Under the pieces are notes generated by a model. It was not told where the DNA came from, ran no database searches, and worked only from the letters and a program-made list of their open reading frames with translations. A stretch of DNA of 63,234 nucleotides, counting the filler, from Reticulomyxa filosa (Eukaryota > Protista > Foraminifera), in assembly GCA_000512085.1 (NCBI GenBank). It is 24 parts of 24 records of this genome, joined end to end, with 100 filler letters (N's around TTAATTAATTAA, not from the genome) between each part and the next. Parts side by side here need not be neighbours in the genome. Positions count along the whole stretch, not along the records: positions 58,146 to 63,234 come from ASPP01010587.1; 23 more parts are not named here. The stretch is one strand, 5' to 3'. This document shows, piece after piece, positions 62,201 to 63,234 of this stretch (the stretch's first letter is position 1; each line of letters begins with the position of its first letter). The position numbers and the translations under genes were made by a program.

Positions 62201-63152
62201 AGTGTACGACGTATACGTTCTGGAACAGATGCAAATGCTTGTCGTTGCGAGTTCTTTTATTCGATGCCGTGCACGTTTGAAGAGTTTGTGCGGAAATCTC
62301 CGGAGGAAAAAAAGGAGTTGGTAGCCAAGTTGCGTGCAAACTTGGGAAAGTTTCAAATCCAACGAGTTCAAAGGCAACAAAAACTAATCAATACTGCCGT
62401 CTCGCGTTACAAGCCTTTGTATCCAAAGATGTTTCAATTGAAGGTTTTTTATTACACTTTTTTTTTTGTATACGTATACACATAACAAACTTGCATATTC
62501 CTATTTTTTTTTTTTTTTAAAAAAAAAAAAGGAATGGGATTGGAACGACGTGTTGGATCAACGCTTTGTGTCTGCTTTCAAAAAAGGACAATCCGCTTTT
62601 TTAAAATTGTGCAAAACTGAAATCGATTACGTGTTCAGTTTTCCACTGTTTTCATTGTCATTTTGCGAACAAGTAGTGACCGAACTGCGCAATTACGAGA
62701 CCACGGATTTGCCAAAGGAAAGACCCAATTCAATGGTAACATTTTTTTTGTTGTTGTTGTTGTTGATTGATGAATGGATTGACTCTGAAAATGCAAATGG
62801 ACCAGAACAACTACGGCGTGATACTGAATTATATTGGGCTGGAGCCTCTAATGACTGATTTAATGCAAAAGTATTTGTCCACGGTCGCAAACTGGCTATT
62901 GCCAGAGTTCACTGGGGAAAACACGCTCGATCACCACCACACATTCATGGTGCAGTATAAAGAAGGGGAAGACGTTCTTTTGGATATGCACATCGACGAC
63001 AGCGAGGTCACGTTCAATGTTAATTTGCACGATGAATTCGAGGGCAGTAAATTGGCCATCTGTGGTATTCAAGGGACCAAAGAAAGAAGAAAACATGCCG
63101 TCAGTTACCAACACGTGCTAGGGCAAGCTTTATTGCATGCCGGAAAACATAG
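62201..63152 (+). CDS. OGFOD2: 2-oxoglutarate/Fe(II)-dependent oxygenase, OGFOD2-like (3' truncated)
   Basis: VFSFPLFS..FCEQVV.EL, RPNSM|NNYGVIL, LDHHHTFMVQY, LDMHIDDSEVTFNVNL (HxD) and GQALLHAGKHR. Introns at 62444-62531 and 62736-62805. Confidence 0.88.
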
Positions 63153-63234
63153 GTGTGTGTACATATTTATTTGTTATATATACATATATGTGTATATGTA
63201 TATATATTTTATTTTTATTTTTATTTTTTTTTTT

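Noticed and set aside
1-63234. tRNA, rRNA, CRISPR arrays or prokaryotic operons
   Set aside because: None recognisable by eye. A covariance-model search would be needed to exclude small ncRNAs.

Overview
This window is not one locus. It is 24 short contigs joined by 23 artificial 100-nt spacers (N44-TTAATTAATTAA-N44). The DNA is eukaryotic, AT-rich and intron-containing. Expanded WD40, kelch, Gly-rich and caspase-like families, an EFL gene and many intron-retaining pseudogenes suggest a foraminiferan such as Reticulomyxa filosa (inference). Recognisable genes: DRC4/GAS8, CHMP7, DGAT2, an SLC10A7-like transporter, a SAM-domain protein, a coiled-coil/FN3/TLDc protein, gamma-tubulin, GCLC, SUA5 and an OGFOD2-like oxygenase preceded by a Cys-less UBC-like domain. 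There are also degenerate copies of Hsp90, EFL, cytoplasmic dynein heavy chain, proteasome alpha-7, a caspase-like protease, WD40 and kelch genes, a decayed RNase H-bearing LINE, and a ~440-bp inverted repeat. The standout is 51661..52986(-), an intronless ORF with an N-myristoylation-type start and four copies of a bacterial/phage-like ~40-aa module. It ends in a pesticin-type (phage-lysozyme-like) muramidase domain with an E-x22-T-x5-D catalytic arrangement, on a contig that also carries a host-type gene. It is a candidate horizontally acquired, domesticated antibacterial toxin in a protist. Splice signals are also atypical (GTT donors; A-rich, AAG acceptors). All calls come from reading the sequence and recalled family motifs; no searches were run.
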